In this document: positions 47,118-59,315 of the stretch, piece after piece
How the letters are laid out: each line of letters starts with the position of its first letter
How positions within the stretch are numbered: the stretch's first letter is position 1
NCBI GenBank assembly: GCA_014905635.1
Contig: JABVCE010000004.1
Coordinates: 1,302,001 to 1,366,000, forward strand
From: Scenedesmus sp. PABB004
Lineage: Eukaryota
Length of the DNA: 64,000 nucleotides
Direction: 5' to 3'
The notes under the pieces: generated by a model
Database searches by the model: none
What the model saw: the letters and a program-made list of their open reading frames with translations, nothing else
What the model was told of the DNA's origin: nothing
Made by a program: the position numbers and the translations under genes

Positions 47118-50100
47118 TCACAGCGCGGGCAGCAGGACGCGGGCGATGGCCGAGAACCCGACCGCGCCGTGCCCCGCGGCGTCGAGCTCCTCGCTGAAGA
47201 GCACCGCCACCTCGTCGGGCGTCATGCCTTCGTTGAGGGCCGCGCAGAACTGGCGGAAGCTTGGCAGGTCCAGCGCGCCGCGCCGGCGGCCGTCGGCGGC
47301 GCGGAACGCCTCGGCGATCGGCGCGAGCCGCTCCGCGTGGCGGCGCAGCTCCCAGAGCAGCAGCGCCGCGACGGCGCAGCCCGCGGCCGGCGACGGCGCG
47401 CCGTCTGCGGGCGGGCGCGGCGGGCGCGGCGGCGGGCTGGCCCCGGCGCGGCGCGGCGCGCGCGGGCCGCGGCGCAGCAGCACCCCCGGCTCACCCTCGG
47501 CGGCGGCGCGCTCGATGTCGGCCGCCCACTCGCGCTGCAGCGCGCGGCGCTCCGCGGCGCCGCCGCCGCCGCCGCCGCCGCTGCCCGGCGGGCCGCACGC
47601 CATCATGAGCGCGAGGCGCTGCTCCGCCCAGACGTCGAGCAGCCAGGCCAGCGCGTCGCGGCCGAGCGCGGCGCCGCGGACGCCCTCCCACGCGGCGGCC
47701 TGCGCGCCGCCGCCCGCCTGCGGCAGCGCGAGCGTGGCGAGCTGCTGCAGGTGGCTGCGCAGGCGGAGGTGGAGGCGCCAGTAGTCCTCGTCCACCTCGC
47801 CCGCCAGCACCTGCGCGCCGCGCGGGGGCGTTGCGTCGTGAGCGGCGCCGCGGGCGCGAGCGCGGCGGCGCGGCGCGCCCGGCAGGGGGTGTGGGGGCGG
47901 CGGCGCGGCGCGGCGCGCTCACGCGGCAGAACACGGCGACCTCGGGCTGGCCGCGGTGGGCGTCGAGGCCGTCGAGCAGCGCGTTCAGCGCCGCGCCGTA
48001 CCGCTCCGCGCCGCCGCCGCCGACCTTGCCAGCGACGTAGCGCTGCAGGTGCCCCGTCGGCAGCAGCGCCGGCAGGCCTGCAGCGGCGCGCCTGCGGCGG
48101 CGGCGGCGGCGGCGGCGCGCGCCGTGGGCCGGCCGTCGCCGGGGGCGTCGCCGTCAAGCCGTGCAGCCCCCGCCGCCCCCCCCCCCCTTCTGCTGCCCAG
48201 CAGGCCTCACTCTGCGTCCTGCTCCGCTTTGGTGTACATGACCTGCGGCGGCGGCGGCGGCGGATGGGTTCACGCGTGCCGCGGCCCAGGGCGCGGCGCG
48301 ACCTCACGCCCAGCACGCGGCCCAGGGCGCGGCGCGGCGCGGCCGCACGTCCAGCACGATGGCCAGCAGCTCTTCCAGCGTGAAGACGCTGCCCCCCGCC
48401 TCGCCGCCGGGCTCGTCGCCGACCTCGCCGGCGCCGGCCGGGGCGCCGTCAGCTGCGGCCGCACCGGGCTCGGCGGCCGCGGCAGCGGGCGCTGCCTCGG
48501 GGCTCGCCGACCGCCCCGGCTGCTGCTCGCCGCCCGGCGCCGCCTTGCGCTGCAGGGGGCTCCCGGGCTTGCGGCGTCGCAGGGGCGACGTGTCGCGCGC
48601 GCGGCTGTCGGTGCTGTCGCGCAGCCCGCCGCCGCCGCGCAACGCCACGCCCGCGGCACCCTCCGGCGCGGCGTCGCACGGCTGCGCCGCTGGCGGCGCG
48701 CCGGCAGCGCCGCCGTCGGCCGCCTCGCCGCCGCCGGGCGCGGCCGCTGCGGCACGGCGCGCAGCCAGGGCCAGGTGGTCCAGGCTCGCGCGCAGGCGCT
48801 TGCTCTGGTGCGGCACGGGCGCCGGCGGCGAGCCGTCGCCCTCGCCTGCCGCCTCGCCCGAGCTGCTGCCGCCCTCGCGCCCGCCGGCGACAGCCGCACC
48901 GGCAGCGGTGCCGGCGGCACCGACGCTGCTGCGCAGCGCGCGCTTGTCGCCGCTGGAGCGCGTGCCGCCGCTAGCCGTGCGGGCCCTTGTCTGCTTGCTG
49001 GGGCTGTCGGCCTTGCAGCCGGGCCCGCCCACGTCCGGCAGGTCGGCAGACGCGTCGCCGCCGCCGGCGCCGGCCTCGCCAGCGCCGGCCGACGCGCCGG
49101 GCGCGGCCGCGTCGCCGCCCTGCCGCGCCGCGGCCACGAGTGCGGCCATGCTCCTGCAGCTGACCGACGCGCGGCCTGCGACCGGCGAGTGCCCTGCCGT
49201 GGCCAGCTGGCCCGCGGTGCGCGCGAGCGAGGCCGGGCCGATGCCCGCCAGCATCATCTCAGCCATCCCGCGGCCCTCGCCGGCGGCCTCGCCCGGCTGC
49301 GCCGCGGCGCCGGCGCCGTCCGCAGGCGCGCCGTCTGCGGGCGAGGCGTCGGCGGTCGAGGCGCCGCCCTGCGACGGCGCGCTCGGCGGCGTCGGGGACT
49401 CGGCGGCCGACCAGGCGCCGCCGCCGCGGCCGCCCGTGGTGGTGCAGGAGCCCAGGCAGACCAGGTCGCTGCAGGCCTCGCTGCAGCCCGACTGCGAGGG
49501 CGAGGGCTGAGACGCCGCCGCCGGCTGCGGGGCCGCCGCCTGCTGGGCGCGCTCGGTGGCGAGACGCTCAGGCCGGCGCTGCGCCTGCGCCGCCGCTGCG
49601 CCCCCGGCGGCACGCGGCGCGGCCTCCTCGGCGGCGGCGGGCGAGGAGCTCCGTGACGGCGGCCAGGGCCCGGCCCCCCGGCGGTGCCGCCGGCCGTGAT
49701 CGTCAGCGGGCCGCTGCCCCAGCGTGTCAGCCCCCCGCCGCTCGCCGCGCCGTGCCGGGGCCCCTCGGCCGGCCTGACGCCGCCCGCCGAGGCTGCGCGC
49801 GGGTAGGGCGGCGCGGCGCCGGCGCTGCCGCGCGCGGCGGCGGCGCCCTGCTTCTGCAGCGCTGCGGTGAGCGGGCCCGCGGCCACGCCGCCCGGCTCAC
49901 TGACCGCCGTCGGCCGCCCGCTGCCGACCGGCCGCCCGCTGCCCGCCGCGAGCGTCCGGCGCCGCTGCGCCGGGCCACGCCCGCCGGGGCCCCCGTCCTG
50001 CTGCTGGCCGGCGTGCGCTGCAGCGGCGTAGCCGAGCTGGCACACCGCGTCGGCGCTGAGGCCGGCCGCGGCCTGCGCCCCGCCGTCTTCGCCGCCGTCG

Positions 50101-51658
50101 CCGCCGGGCGCTGCCGGCGCAGCCTCGGCCGCCGCCGCGGCGCAGTCGCCGGCGCCGGCCGCCGAGCCCTCGCGGCGGGGCTCCGGCGCAGCCAGCGCCT
50201 CGGTGGCGCTGGCAGAGGCGGCCCACTCGGCGACGGAGGCCTCCCCGGCCAGCCCAGCTGCCGCGTGCTCCGCCGCCGGCACAGCCGTGGCCGGCTGGGT
50301 GCCAACCGCGTCGGCACTGCCCGCCGCCTCTGCGGGCGCCGCGGCGCCGCGCCGCGGCTCGGGCTCGCCAGCCGCGTCGGCGCTGCCCGCTGCGTTCTGC
50401 ACGAACCAGGCCGCCGTGCGGCGCTGCCCCGTGCCCGGCGCGCGCCGGCCCTCAGGGGGTGGCTCCGGTGCGGCGACGCCCCAGCCAGCGCGGCCGGCAC
50501 AGGCACGCCGCCGCCGCTGCCGCGCCGCCCGGGCAGGCCCAACGGGGACGGCGCCGCGCGCAGCGCCCGCCCCCGCCGGCCGCCGCCGCGGCTGCCCGCA
50601 GGCGCCGGCGCCGCCCCTGGCCCCGCCGCCGGCGGCTGCGCCTCTGCGCGCCCGCCCGCGCCGCGGGCCGGCCGCCCCCGCTCTGCGGCGCGGCGGCGCC
50701 CGCGGCGGGCCCGCCCGCCTCCAGCGCCGCAAACTGCCGCGTCATCTTCTCAATTGAGCCGATCAGGCTGCTCACGAGCGAGCCCGAGCGCTGCGCGCCG
50801 GGCGCGCCACGCTGCGCCGCCTCCGCCGCGTCGGCGGCGCCGGCGCCAGCAGCGCGTTGGAGCTGGTCAACAGGCGCCACGAGCGCCTGGCCAAGCAGCG
50901 CGTCAAACTCGCCCAGGAGCGTGCGCACGGTCGCCTTGAGGTCTCGCAGTGTGGCTTGCACCGCGGCGTGCTCGCCCGCCAGCGCCGCGTGCTCGCCCGC
51001 CAGCGCCGCGTGCTCGCCCGCCAGCGCGCCCTGCGCGCGCCGCCAGTCGTCCGCCAGCGCCATGGCGTGCCGCCACAGGCTCTGCGGCCGCGCGCGCGCG
51101 GCGCGCGGTCCGTCAGCGTGCGCGGGGGAGCGCGCGGGCGCTGCCGCGTGCGCTGCGGGCGCAGCGGCAGGGCCGCCGCGCGCGCTGCGCGGCACGCACC
51201 ACCAGCACGGCGCGCCGCGGCTCGCCGCTCGGCGGCGTCGCGCGCGCGGCGGCTTCAAAGCAGAGCTGCAGCGACTCCTGCCGCAGGACGAGCTCCGCCG
51301 CCCTGCGCAGCGCGCGGCGCTCAGCGTACCGCCCGCGCGCCCAGCGTCGGTTGCGCCGCCGCTGCTGCCCCCAGCGCACCTGCGCCGCGCCGCTCCGCCG
51401 GGCCGGCGGCCCTGGTCACCATCCTGCGCCGGACCCGCATCGCCGCCGGCCGCCTGCGGGGCGCGCCAGGGGCCGCAGGGCGCGCGTGGGCGGCGCGCGC
51501 CAGCTCGTTCGCGCTCACAACGGCGCGGCGCGGCGGGGCCCGGCGCGCGCCTGCTTGCTCGCGCGAAGCTCGTCAAGCCGATCTGCGAGCTCGCGCGCGC
51601 TCTCGTCGTCCAGGCACAGCTCCGCCAGCAGCGCCGACGACAGCTCCGGCGCCGCCAT
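47118..51658 (-). CDS. Large coiled-coil / low-complexity protein with a C-terminal EF-hand pair (internal exon structure uncertain)
   Basis: N-terminal heptads (ALAGEHA x3); long A/P/G-rich middle; C-terminal FTLEELL..YTKAEQD, EVAVFCRVLAGEVDE and [17 protein letters not shown]...ELDAAGHGAVGFS (EF-hand-like). Confidence 0.6.
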
Positions 51659-51991
51659 CGCGCCGGCGCCCGCTCCCACGCCGCGACCCCCCCGCTCAAG
51701 ACGTGTGCGCGCGCAAAATCGAATTCCCTCGAGCACGCCGGGGCTGTGCAGGGGTCTGGGCTCGCGGCGGCGGCGGGGTTCGCCGGTGCAACGCTTCCGG
51801 CGCCGCCCGCCCCCGCCGCCGCACTCCACATGCCCGCGCCCGCATGCACATCATGCCCGCAGTGAGCTCGCCCGTCCAGTCGTTTGCGCCGCCGTGCTCT
51901 CAGAAGCTGCAGCGGCAGCAGCGGCCGCGCCCCGCCCTCTGCCCGCCGAGCCCGCCAGCAGCTGCGCAGCGGGGGCCGTGCCGCCGCGCGC

Positions 51992-53330
51992 ATGGCGCCC
52001 ACATCGGGCAAGCCCAGCGCGGCAGAAGCGCTCAAGGCGGAAGGCGCGTCGGCGTGCGGAAGCGGCGGCGCCGCTGCTGCCGGCGCCCACTGGCGCCGGC
52101 CCACCGGATGTGCGAGGCACATCCATGCGGCCGCCGGGTGCAGAGGCGGCGGCAGCGCCGCAGCTGCCGCAGCCGCCGCCGACGTGCGCCGCCGCCGCCC
52201 GCCGCGCGCCGCGCGGCGCGCGCAGGCAACGCGCTGTTTGCGCGCGGCAAGTTTGGCGCCGCCGCAGAGCTGTACACGCAGGCCATCACGCTCGACTCCG
52301 GCCTGGCCGGTACGCACGCCGCGCCGGGCGCCGCGGCGCTCCGCCGCGGCCACTGCCGGTCACGCCAGCGCCACGGCCGCCGCTGCCGCAGTGCTCTACG
52401 TGAACCGCGGGCTCTGCCACAAGAAGCGGGGCGCGTGGGAGGCGGCCGCGCGCGACGGCGCGGCCGCGCTCGCGCTGCACTCGGGCCTGCTGAAGGCGCA
52501 CTATGTTCGCGGCGCAGCATTGCTTGAGCTGGGCGACTTGCCTGGCGCGATCAGCCACCTCGGACGCGCGCTTGAGGCGGCGCGTGAGTCCGGCGACGTG
52601 ATCAAGGACGAGGTCTGGCGGCTCCTCGCGCGCGCAAAGCACGCCCAGTGGCGCGCGGCGCACGAGGCGCGCGCCGCGGGCGATGCCGTGCTGCACGCGG
52701 CGCTGGCGGGCGCGCTTCGGGCGGCCGGCGGCGTCGAGGCCGGCGGCGCGGACGAGCGGCAGCAGGAGCAGGAGCAGCCGCAGCTGGAAACGCAGCAGCC
52801 GCAGCAGCTGGAGACGCAGCCGCTGCAGCAGGAGCAGCCGCAGCCGCAGCAGCCGCAGCAGCCGCAGCAGCCGCAGCAGCTGGGCAAGCAGCTGGCGGAG
52901 CTGTTTGAGCGCGCGGCGCGGATGGACACGCCCGGCGAGGTGCCGAGCTGCTTCACGTGCCCGCTGACGCACGAGTTGTTCCGCGAGCCCGTGGTGACGC
53001 CTGCGGGGTTCACCTATGAGAAGGCCGTGCTGCTGGAGCACCTCGCCAAGGTGTGTTGCGCAGCGCGCATGTGCCGGCGGCCCGCCCGCTGACCCCCACG
53101 CCAGGCCGGCGCCCGAGCGGGGGCGGGAGCGGGCTGGCAGTGCGCGGGCGCGCAGCGGTGGGCGCCGACCCGCCGCCGCCCCGCCGCCGCTGCCGCAGGT
53201 GGGCAAGTTTGACCCCATCACGCGCGCGCCGATGACGGAGGCGGACGTCGCGCCCAACACGGCGCTGCGCACCGCCCTCGCCGCGTACCTCGACGAGCAC
53301 GGCTGGGCGTGGGGCGAGGTCGCGCCGTGA
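51992..53330 (+). CDS. CHIP: E3 ubiquitin ligase CHIP-like (TPR + U-box)
   Basis: AEALKAEGNALF..AAAELYTQAITL, LYVNRGLCH, LKAHY; U-box VPSCFTCPLTHELFREPVVTPAGFTYEK..HL..FDPITR...PNTALR; ends HGWA. Confidence 0.92.
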
Positions 53331-53692
53331 CCGGGAGCGACCGGGCGGGCGGGCGGGACGGCGGGCGCGTGTACCACCACCAGCGCAGCAGCTGCAGGAG
53401 AGGAGAGGGGCGAGGCCGTTTTGTCGGGCGCGGACATTGCATTCGTTTCATCGCGCGCGCGGCACCGGCGGCGCGCGTCGTGCGCGCGGGGGGCGCGCGC
53501 CGCCCCCGCGCAAGGTCAAGTCAAGGTCATTTACCCCGTATGCTCGCGCACATCGGGCCCGCGCCCCTTAAGGACGGTAGCTGGTCCTCTTGACCCGCGC
53601 CCGCGATTCCTTGTGTGCAGGCCTCCGGGCCCGAGGGCGCCTCGCGCTGCGCCGCCGCAGCTGCAACGCCTGCAGGGAGGGACAGAGCCTGG

Positions 53693-54707
53693 TCAGATCC
53701 GGAGCACCAGGTTGAGCTCCCGCGCGTTGGCCTGCAGGCCCATGCTGCCCGCCATGCTGCCGCCGCCGCCGAGGTCGTGCTGCAGGTTGAACGATACGTC
53801 GCCGTCGACCTGCGCCCGCGCGCCGCGCCGCGCCGCCCGCCGTCAGCTGTGCAGCGCGCGCGCGCCCGGCGGCCACGCACGCGCAGCGCCGCCCCGCGCC
53901 GTGCCCCGCGGCCCGCCGGCGCACCTCAAAGCCCCAGTGGCGCTGCACAAAGACCTTTCGCCGCGCCGCGAGCGTGCCGTTGCTCTGGAGCATGGTGTAG
54001 TCGTCCAGGTCCCCCGCGCCGTCGTCGACGCCGAGGCCGAGCATCACGCGCGGCCGCAGCCCCGCGCGCCACCCGCCGCCGCCGCCGACCCCCGCGCCGC
54101 GCCGCGCGCGCCGCCCCACTCCGCCGCCACGACTGCGCGCGGCGCGCGCCGCGTCGCGCCGCAGCGTCAGCGCGCCGCAGAGAGCGGCGGCCGGCCGCGA
54201 GCGCCCAGGGGCGGCGGCGCAGCGCGGCGCGGCTGGCGGATTTTCAAGGTCGCGCGCGCGCCCACCCGGGTGCGTCGCGCCGCCCATGATTGGGAAGGGC
54301 AGCACCTTGCGGTACTCCACCGCGCGGCGCGAGTGGTCGTACGTCACGCGCCCGCCGACGAGCTTGTCGCGGCAGGCGAGGCTGTAGCTCGCCTTGAGCG
54401 TGCGCGGGTTGAACGCGCCTGCGCGCGGCCGCGGCCTCGGCGCCGCGCGACGCTGCGCCGCTGGCCGCCCGCACCCCCGCCGCGCGCCGCGCGCCGGGCT
54501 CTGCCGCGGGCTCGCACCGATGGCGGTGAGCTGCAGCAGGAACAGCTCCTGCTGCTTGATGAGCTTGACCTGGTCGGGGAAGAGCCCGCTGTAGCTCAGC
54601 TTGAGCTGCTGCCCCGCGTCCCAGCTCCAGCCCGCGCGCTGCTGCTGCCCGCCCGCCGGCGCAGGCGCACCGCCGCCGCCGCCGCCCTGGGCGGCGCCAG
54701 GCGGCAT
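53693..54707 (-). CDS. Putative small beta-barrel membrane protein (OEP21-like?)
   Basis: Spliced product of about 200 aa made of alternating-hydrophobic beta segments (LKLSY, VTYDH..VEYRKVL, FEVDGDVSFNL), ending ANARELNLVLRI-stop. The family call is tentative. Confidence 0.5.
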
Positions 54708-55030
54708 GGCGCGGTGCGCCCGCTGCAGCTGCTGCTGCTGCAGCCGCTGCGCTGGCGCTGCTGCCGCGCTCACTGCGTCCGCCGCTGGCCCTTGCGACGC
54801 CCGGAGGTCTGCCAACCCCGACAGCAGCAGGAGCGGCCGGCGCGAGTGCAGCAGCGGCGGCTGTCGTGGCGCGGGCGGGGCGCGAGCGACTCTCTGGTTT
54901 CGACACTGCGCGACGGCAAGGCCTGCCTGCGTCAACTGCAAGCAACACAACTCGACGCGCCCGCTCAACCCTCGCGGCGCCCCGCCGCCGGCCGCCGGCC
55001 GCACGGCGCGCTGTGCCGCCGCCCGCCCGC

Positions 55031-55544
55031 TCACACCATGCGGTGCGCCTGGCCCACGGTCGCGGCGATCCAGTCCTGCACCTGCGCGGCGCGCGCGCAC
55101 AGCACACGCGGCGGCAGCGCGTCGGCGGGTGGCCGCGCGGCAGCGAGCGCGCGCGCCGCCCGCTGCCGCCCTCCCTCCCCCGCCGCCGCCGCCGCCGCGC
55201 GCGCCTGCTTGAAGCGGTGCACGCCCGGCGGCAGCTCGCCGCCCTCGTCCGCGAGCTCGCTGACCACCACGCCGACCAGGTTGGCCGGCAGCCCGCGCGC
55301 CGCGCAGAAGCCCTCGGCCGCGGCTTGCCAGCGCCCGCGCAGCGCCTCCAGCGGGCTGCTCGGGCTGGGCAGCGTCGGCGCGGCGGGCGCGCCGCCTGCG
55401 GGCGCGCGGCGCGGCCGGTGCGGAGGCCGCGCGACGCGGCGGGCGAGCCGCGGCCCTCGCCGCCGCGCGCGCGCCCGCGCGGGCGCGCCGCGCACGCCCG
55501 CACCCGCCGCGGCCATCTCCGCGCCCGGCGCGTCGCTCGCGACC

Positions 55545-55581
<37 letters not shown>

Positions 55582-58500
55582 CGCGCAGCAGGCCCTTGAC
55601 GCGCGCGGGGCCGTTGATGGCGACCAGGCAGTGCCGCCCCGCCGCCAGCGGGCGCGCGAGCAGGGACAGCGCGTCGGGCGCCGGCTCGCTCGCCGGGTGC
55701 ACCAGGAACACGACCGCGGAGGCCAGCCCTGGCCGCCGGCGCCGCGGCGCGGCGGCGGCGCCCGCGGCAGCGTGAGAGGGGCGTCTGCGCATGCCCGGCC
55801 CGGCGGCCCGGCGGCCGCTTTAGCCGGCCGCCTCGCACCCGAGAGCGCGAGCGCGAGGCTGTTGGAGAGGCGGCGGGTCGGCTCGTCGGCGCTGTTGAGG
55901 CCAGGGAAGACAGCCACGTAGGTGTTGGGGCTGCCCGCCAGCGCGCGCAGGTCCACCGCGGGCGCGTGGCCGCCGCCGCCGGCGCCGGCGCGCGGCGCGG
56001 CCGGCGCCAGCGCCGCGACGGCGGCCTGCGGGCGGCGGCAGCGGCGGCAGGGGCTTGGCGGCCGCGTTGGGTGCAGCAGAGCAGAGCGGCGGCGCTGGGC
56101 CGGGGCGCGGCCGCGGGCGCGAGCGCGCGCACCTTGCGGCCGCGCGGCGCCTTCTCGGCCGCGCCCGCACCGTTGCCCGCGGCCCCGCCCAGCTGCCCGG
56201 CGTACTCGGGCGGCGCCGCCACGAGCTTGGTGAACAGCGCGGCCTTGCCTGCGCGCGCGGCGCGCAGGCGGGGCGGTCAGGGCCGGCTGCGCGCGCGCGC
56301 TCGGCGCCGGCGGCAGCGCCTGCCCCGCCGGCGCGCTCGCCTGCCTGCGCCTGGCCCAGCACCAGCACGAAGTGCAGCGCGTCGGCGCTGCCCGGCGCGA
56401 CCTCCGACGCGAGGTGCAGCCAGGACAGCAGGCGGCAGAGCAGCACGAGCGCGACCTGCAGGCGGGCGCGCGCGGGCGGGCGCGACCCCGCCCGCACGTG
56501 ACATGACGGCCGGCCGCCGCCGCCGGCGCGTCCGCGCGCCGCGCGCGTTGCGCCGCCGCGCCTGCGCCTGGCGCTCGTCGGCGTAGGCGAAGAAACCGTC
56601 GCCCCGGAACAGCCGCCGCACGGAGCCCTGCCCGCCGCCGAGGGCGCGCGGCGCGAGCGAGGCCGCCACGCCGCGCGCGAGGTCGGACGCGGCGCCCGCG
56701 AGCGCGCCTGCGTCGAGCGCGGCGGCCGCGAGCGCGGCGCGCGCGCCGCCGCGCACGAGCTGGCGCAGCACGCTCTGCGGCGGGCGTTGGCGCACGGTCG
56801 CGGCGGAGCGGTCCCGGGGGCGCGCCGCCGCTGCCGCCCGGCGCGCGCCGCGCGCGCCCGCGGCTCGTCGCCGCCGCACCGTCTCACGCGCCGCGGCGAG
56901 CAGGGCGCGCACGGCGGGCCCCTCCACGCGCCCCAGGGCGTCGATGAGCCCGAGGTCGTAGGCCTTGACCAGCAGCGCCGCGCTCGCGCCGCCGGGGCAC
57001 GCGCGGGCCATGAGGCGGGGGATCTCGGGGCGGTTGATCAGGCCAGACACCTGACGCCGCGGCCGGCGTGTCGCGCGGCGGCGAACGGCCGCGCGCGTCG
57101 CGCGCAGCAGGCGGCGGCGGCGGCGCGCGGCAGGCGGCGGCGCGGCGCGTCACCTGCACGAGCTGCGACTCGAAGAACCCCTCCAGCTGCTCCACCGTGG
57201 CGGCCGGCAGGCGCCGGCTGCACACGGGGCTGGCCGAGCTCAGCCTCGAGGCGCCGCCGCTGAGGCTGGCGGCCGTGTCCTTGCTGGTCTCCGTCAGCGC
57301 GAGCAGCGCGTTGACCGCCGGCTCCAGCAGGTCGGCGCTGCCGGTGAGCAGCAGCTGCCCGATGCCCGCGCCGGCGGCAAAGACGGAGAGGATGATCGAC
57401 GGCACGACCGTGAAGCTCAGCGCGCCGCTGACGACGGAGAGCAGGCCGCTGAGGTAGGTGCAGAGCCGCGCGAGGCCGCGCAGCCAGGCGAAGAACAGGC
57501 GCGACGCCGCCCTGCGGCGCGGCGCGCGGCGCGGCGCTCGCGCGCCCGCGCCGGCGCGCGGTGCGGGGCGTGCAGGGGTGTTGATGATGCCCCCCACCAC
57601 CACCACCACCACGCCGCACCTGCTCCAGGTGGTGATAAAGTCCAGCCGCTCCAGCGGCGTCGGCCCGCGCACCAGCCGCGCGCGCGCCTCCAGCCCCGAC
57701 TTGAGCGCCGCGACGCTCGGCAGCGCCGCGCGCTGCAGCTCCGCGAGCGCGACCTGCGGCGGCGCGGCGCGCGGCGGGGCGGTTCGCACGTGGCGGCCGA
57801 CGTGCGCGGCGGCCAGCGTGCGCGGCTCGAGCGCGCACGTGGGGCTCGCCGCCCGCGAGCAGCGCGTGCGCGCGGGGCATGTAGTCGTCCACCAGCGCGC
57901 CCAGCGGCGGCCCCGCCGAGAGCCCCAGCGCCGCGAGCACGCGCGGGTGGTTGAGCGCCGCCTGCACGCTGCGCGCGTCGTGGGCGCGCGCGGGGCAGCG
58001 CCGCCGTCGGGGTGGTGTGTGTGCGTGCGCGCGGGCGGCGGCGCTGCAGGGCGGCGGCGCTGCCGGCGCTGCAGGGCGGCGGCGCTGCGGGGCCGCCGCG
58101 CACATCTCGTAGGGCAGGAAGGCCAGGGCGAGCTGGCGCACGACCAGCAGCGCCTGCGTCGCCGCCTCGCGCCACCAGCTGCCAAACACGGGCTCGCGGC
58201 ACCAGCTGCGCGCGGCGCGCGGCGGCGGTCCGTCGCGGCGGGCGCGGCGTCGTCCGCGGCGCGCGCGGCGCGGCGGCCCGCGCCTCGGCCGCGCGGTCAC
58301 CTCTCGAGGTCGGCGATCGCCGCGCCCTCGGGGAAGTCCTGCAGCCGCGCGCGCGTGTCAATCAGGCCGCCGCCCACGCCGCCGCCGCCGGCGCCGCCGC
58401 CGAGGCCGGAGCCGCCAAAGCCGCCGCCCGGCGCCGCGGCGGCGGCCTGGGCGAGGAGGAAGCAGAAGGGATAGGTCACCAGCGTGGCAAGGAAGGCCAC

Positions 58501-59005
58501 CATGCGGTCAGCGTGGCGCGCCCCAGGCGGCGCGGGCGGCGCCGGCAGCGGCGCGGGGGCGCGCGGCGCCGGGCCTCGCCGGCGGCCGCGGGCGGCGTCG
58601 GCGCCGGCGCCGGGGCCGGCGCGGCCGGCGCGGGCGGGGCCGCGAGCAGCGCCGGCGCCGGCTTGGCGGCGGCCTCGGCGGCGGCCACGCGCGGCGCGCG
58701 GTCGGACGCCGGCGGCGTCGCGAGCGCGGGCGCCGGCGCGTGCGACGGCGGCAGCAGCGGCTGCTCCTCCTCCGGCACCGGCTTGCCGTCCAGCGGCGCG
58801 TCGTGCAGCGGCGGCGCCGTCTTGGAGGGCAGTGGGACGCCCGCCGGCGCGCGCAGCTGGCCGCCGCCGCCGGCTGCGCGCGGCGAGCGAGCGCGGGCGA
58901 GTGCGGGCGTGTGCGCCGGCGGCGGCGCCGCGCGGCAACCGTGGCGGTCCTCGCGCGCGCATGTGCCGCCCCCTGCTCACCGTGCGGCGACTGCAGTGCG
59001 CTCAT
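55031..59005 (-). CDS. Uncharacterised membrane protein with a C-terminal degenerate P-loop GTPase-like domain
   Basis: Multi-exon; hydrophobic segments near 57350-57500; spliced FVLVLGQAQA|GKAALFTKL followed by VAVFPGL, AVVFLV and CLVAING. Confidence 0.6.
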
Positions 59006-59315
59006 GGCTGCGGCCCGCGGCGACGCGCGGCGAGGCGGCGCGGGGCAGCGGCGACCGCGGCGCGGGCAAGGGGCGGCCGTGGGTGCGCCCTGGCGACCCG
59101 GGGAGCGGGGAAGTGTGCGGGGAGCGCGCTGCGGCGCAGCCGAGGGCGCGATCGGCTCGGCAGCGGGGCGTCGTCGTCATCGTCAAAGCCGCGGCGTCGC
59201 ACCGGCGGGGGCTCGCGCACGGCCCCTTCCTCGCCTTCTCCTGCACCAGACCTCTCCCGCGCCCCGCCGCCCACGCCGCAACCGCCGCCGCACCGCCGCC
59301 GCACGCCCCGCCGCG

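Noticed and set aside
24606..53330. Ubiquitin-system cluster (BRCC36, ataxin-3, CHIP)
   Set aside because: The genes are spread over ~29 kb among unrelated genes and belong to a very large functional class, so chance is sufficient.
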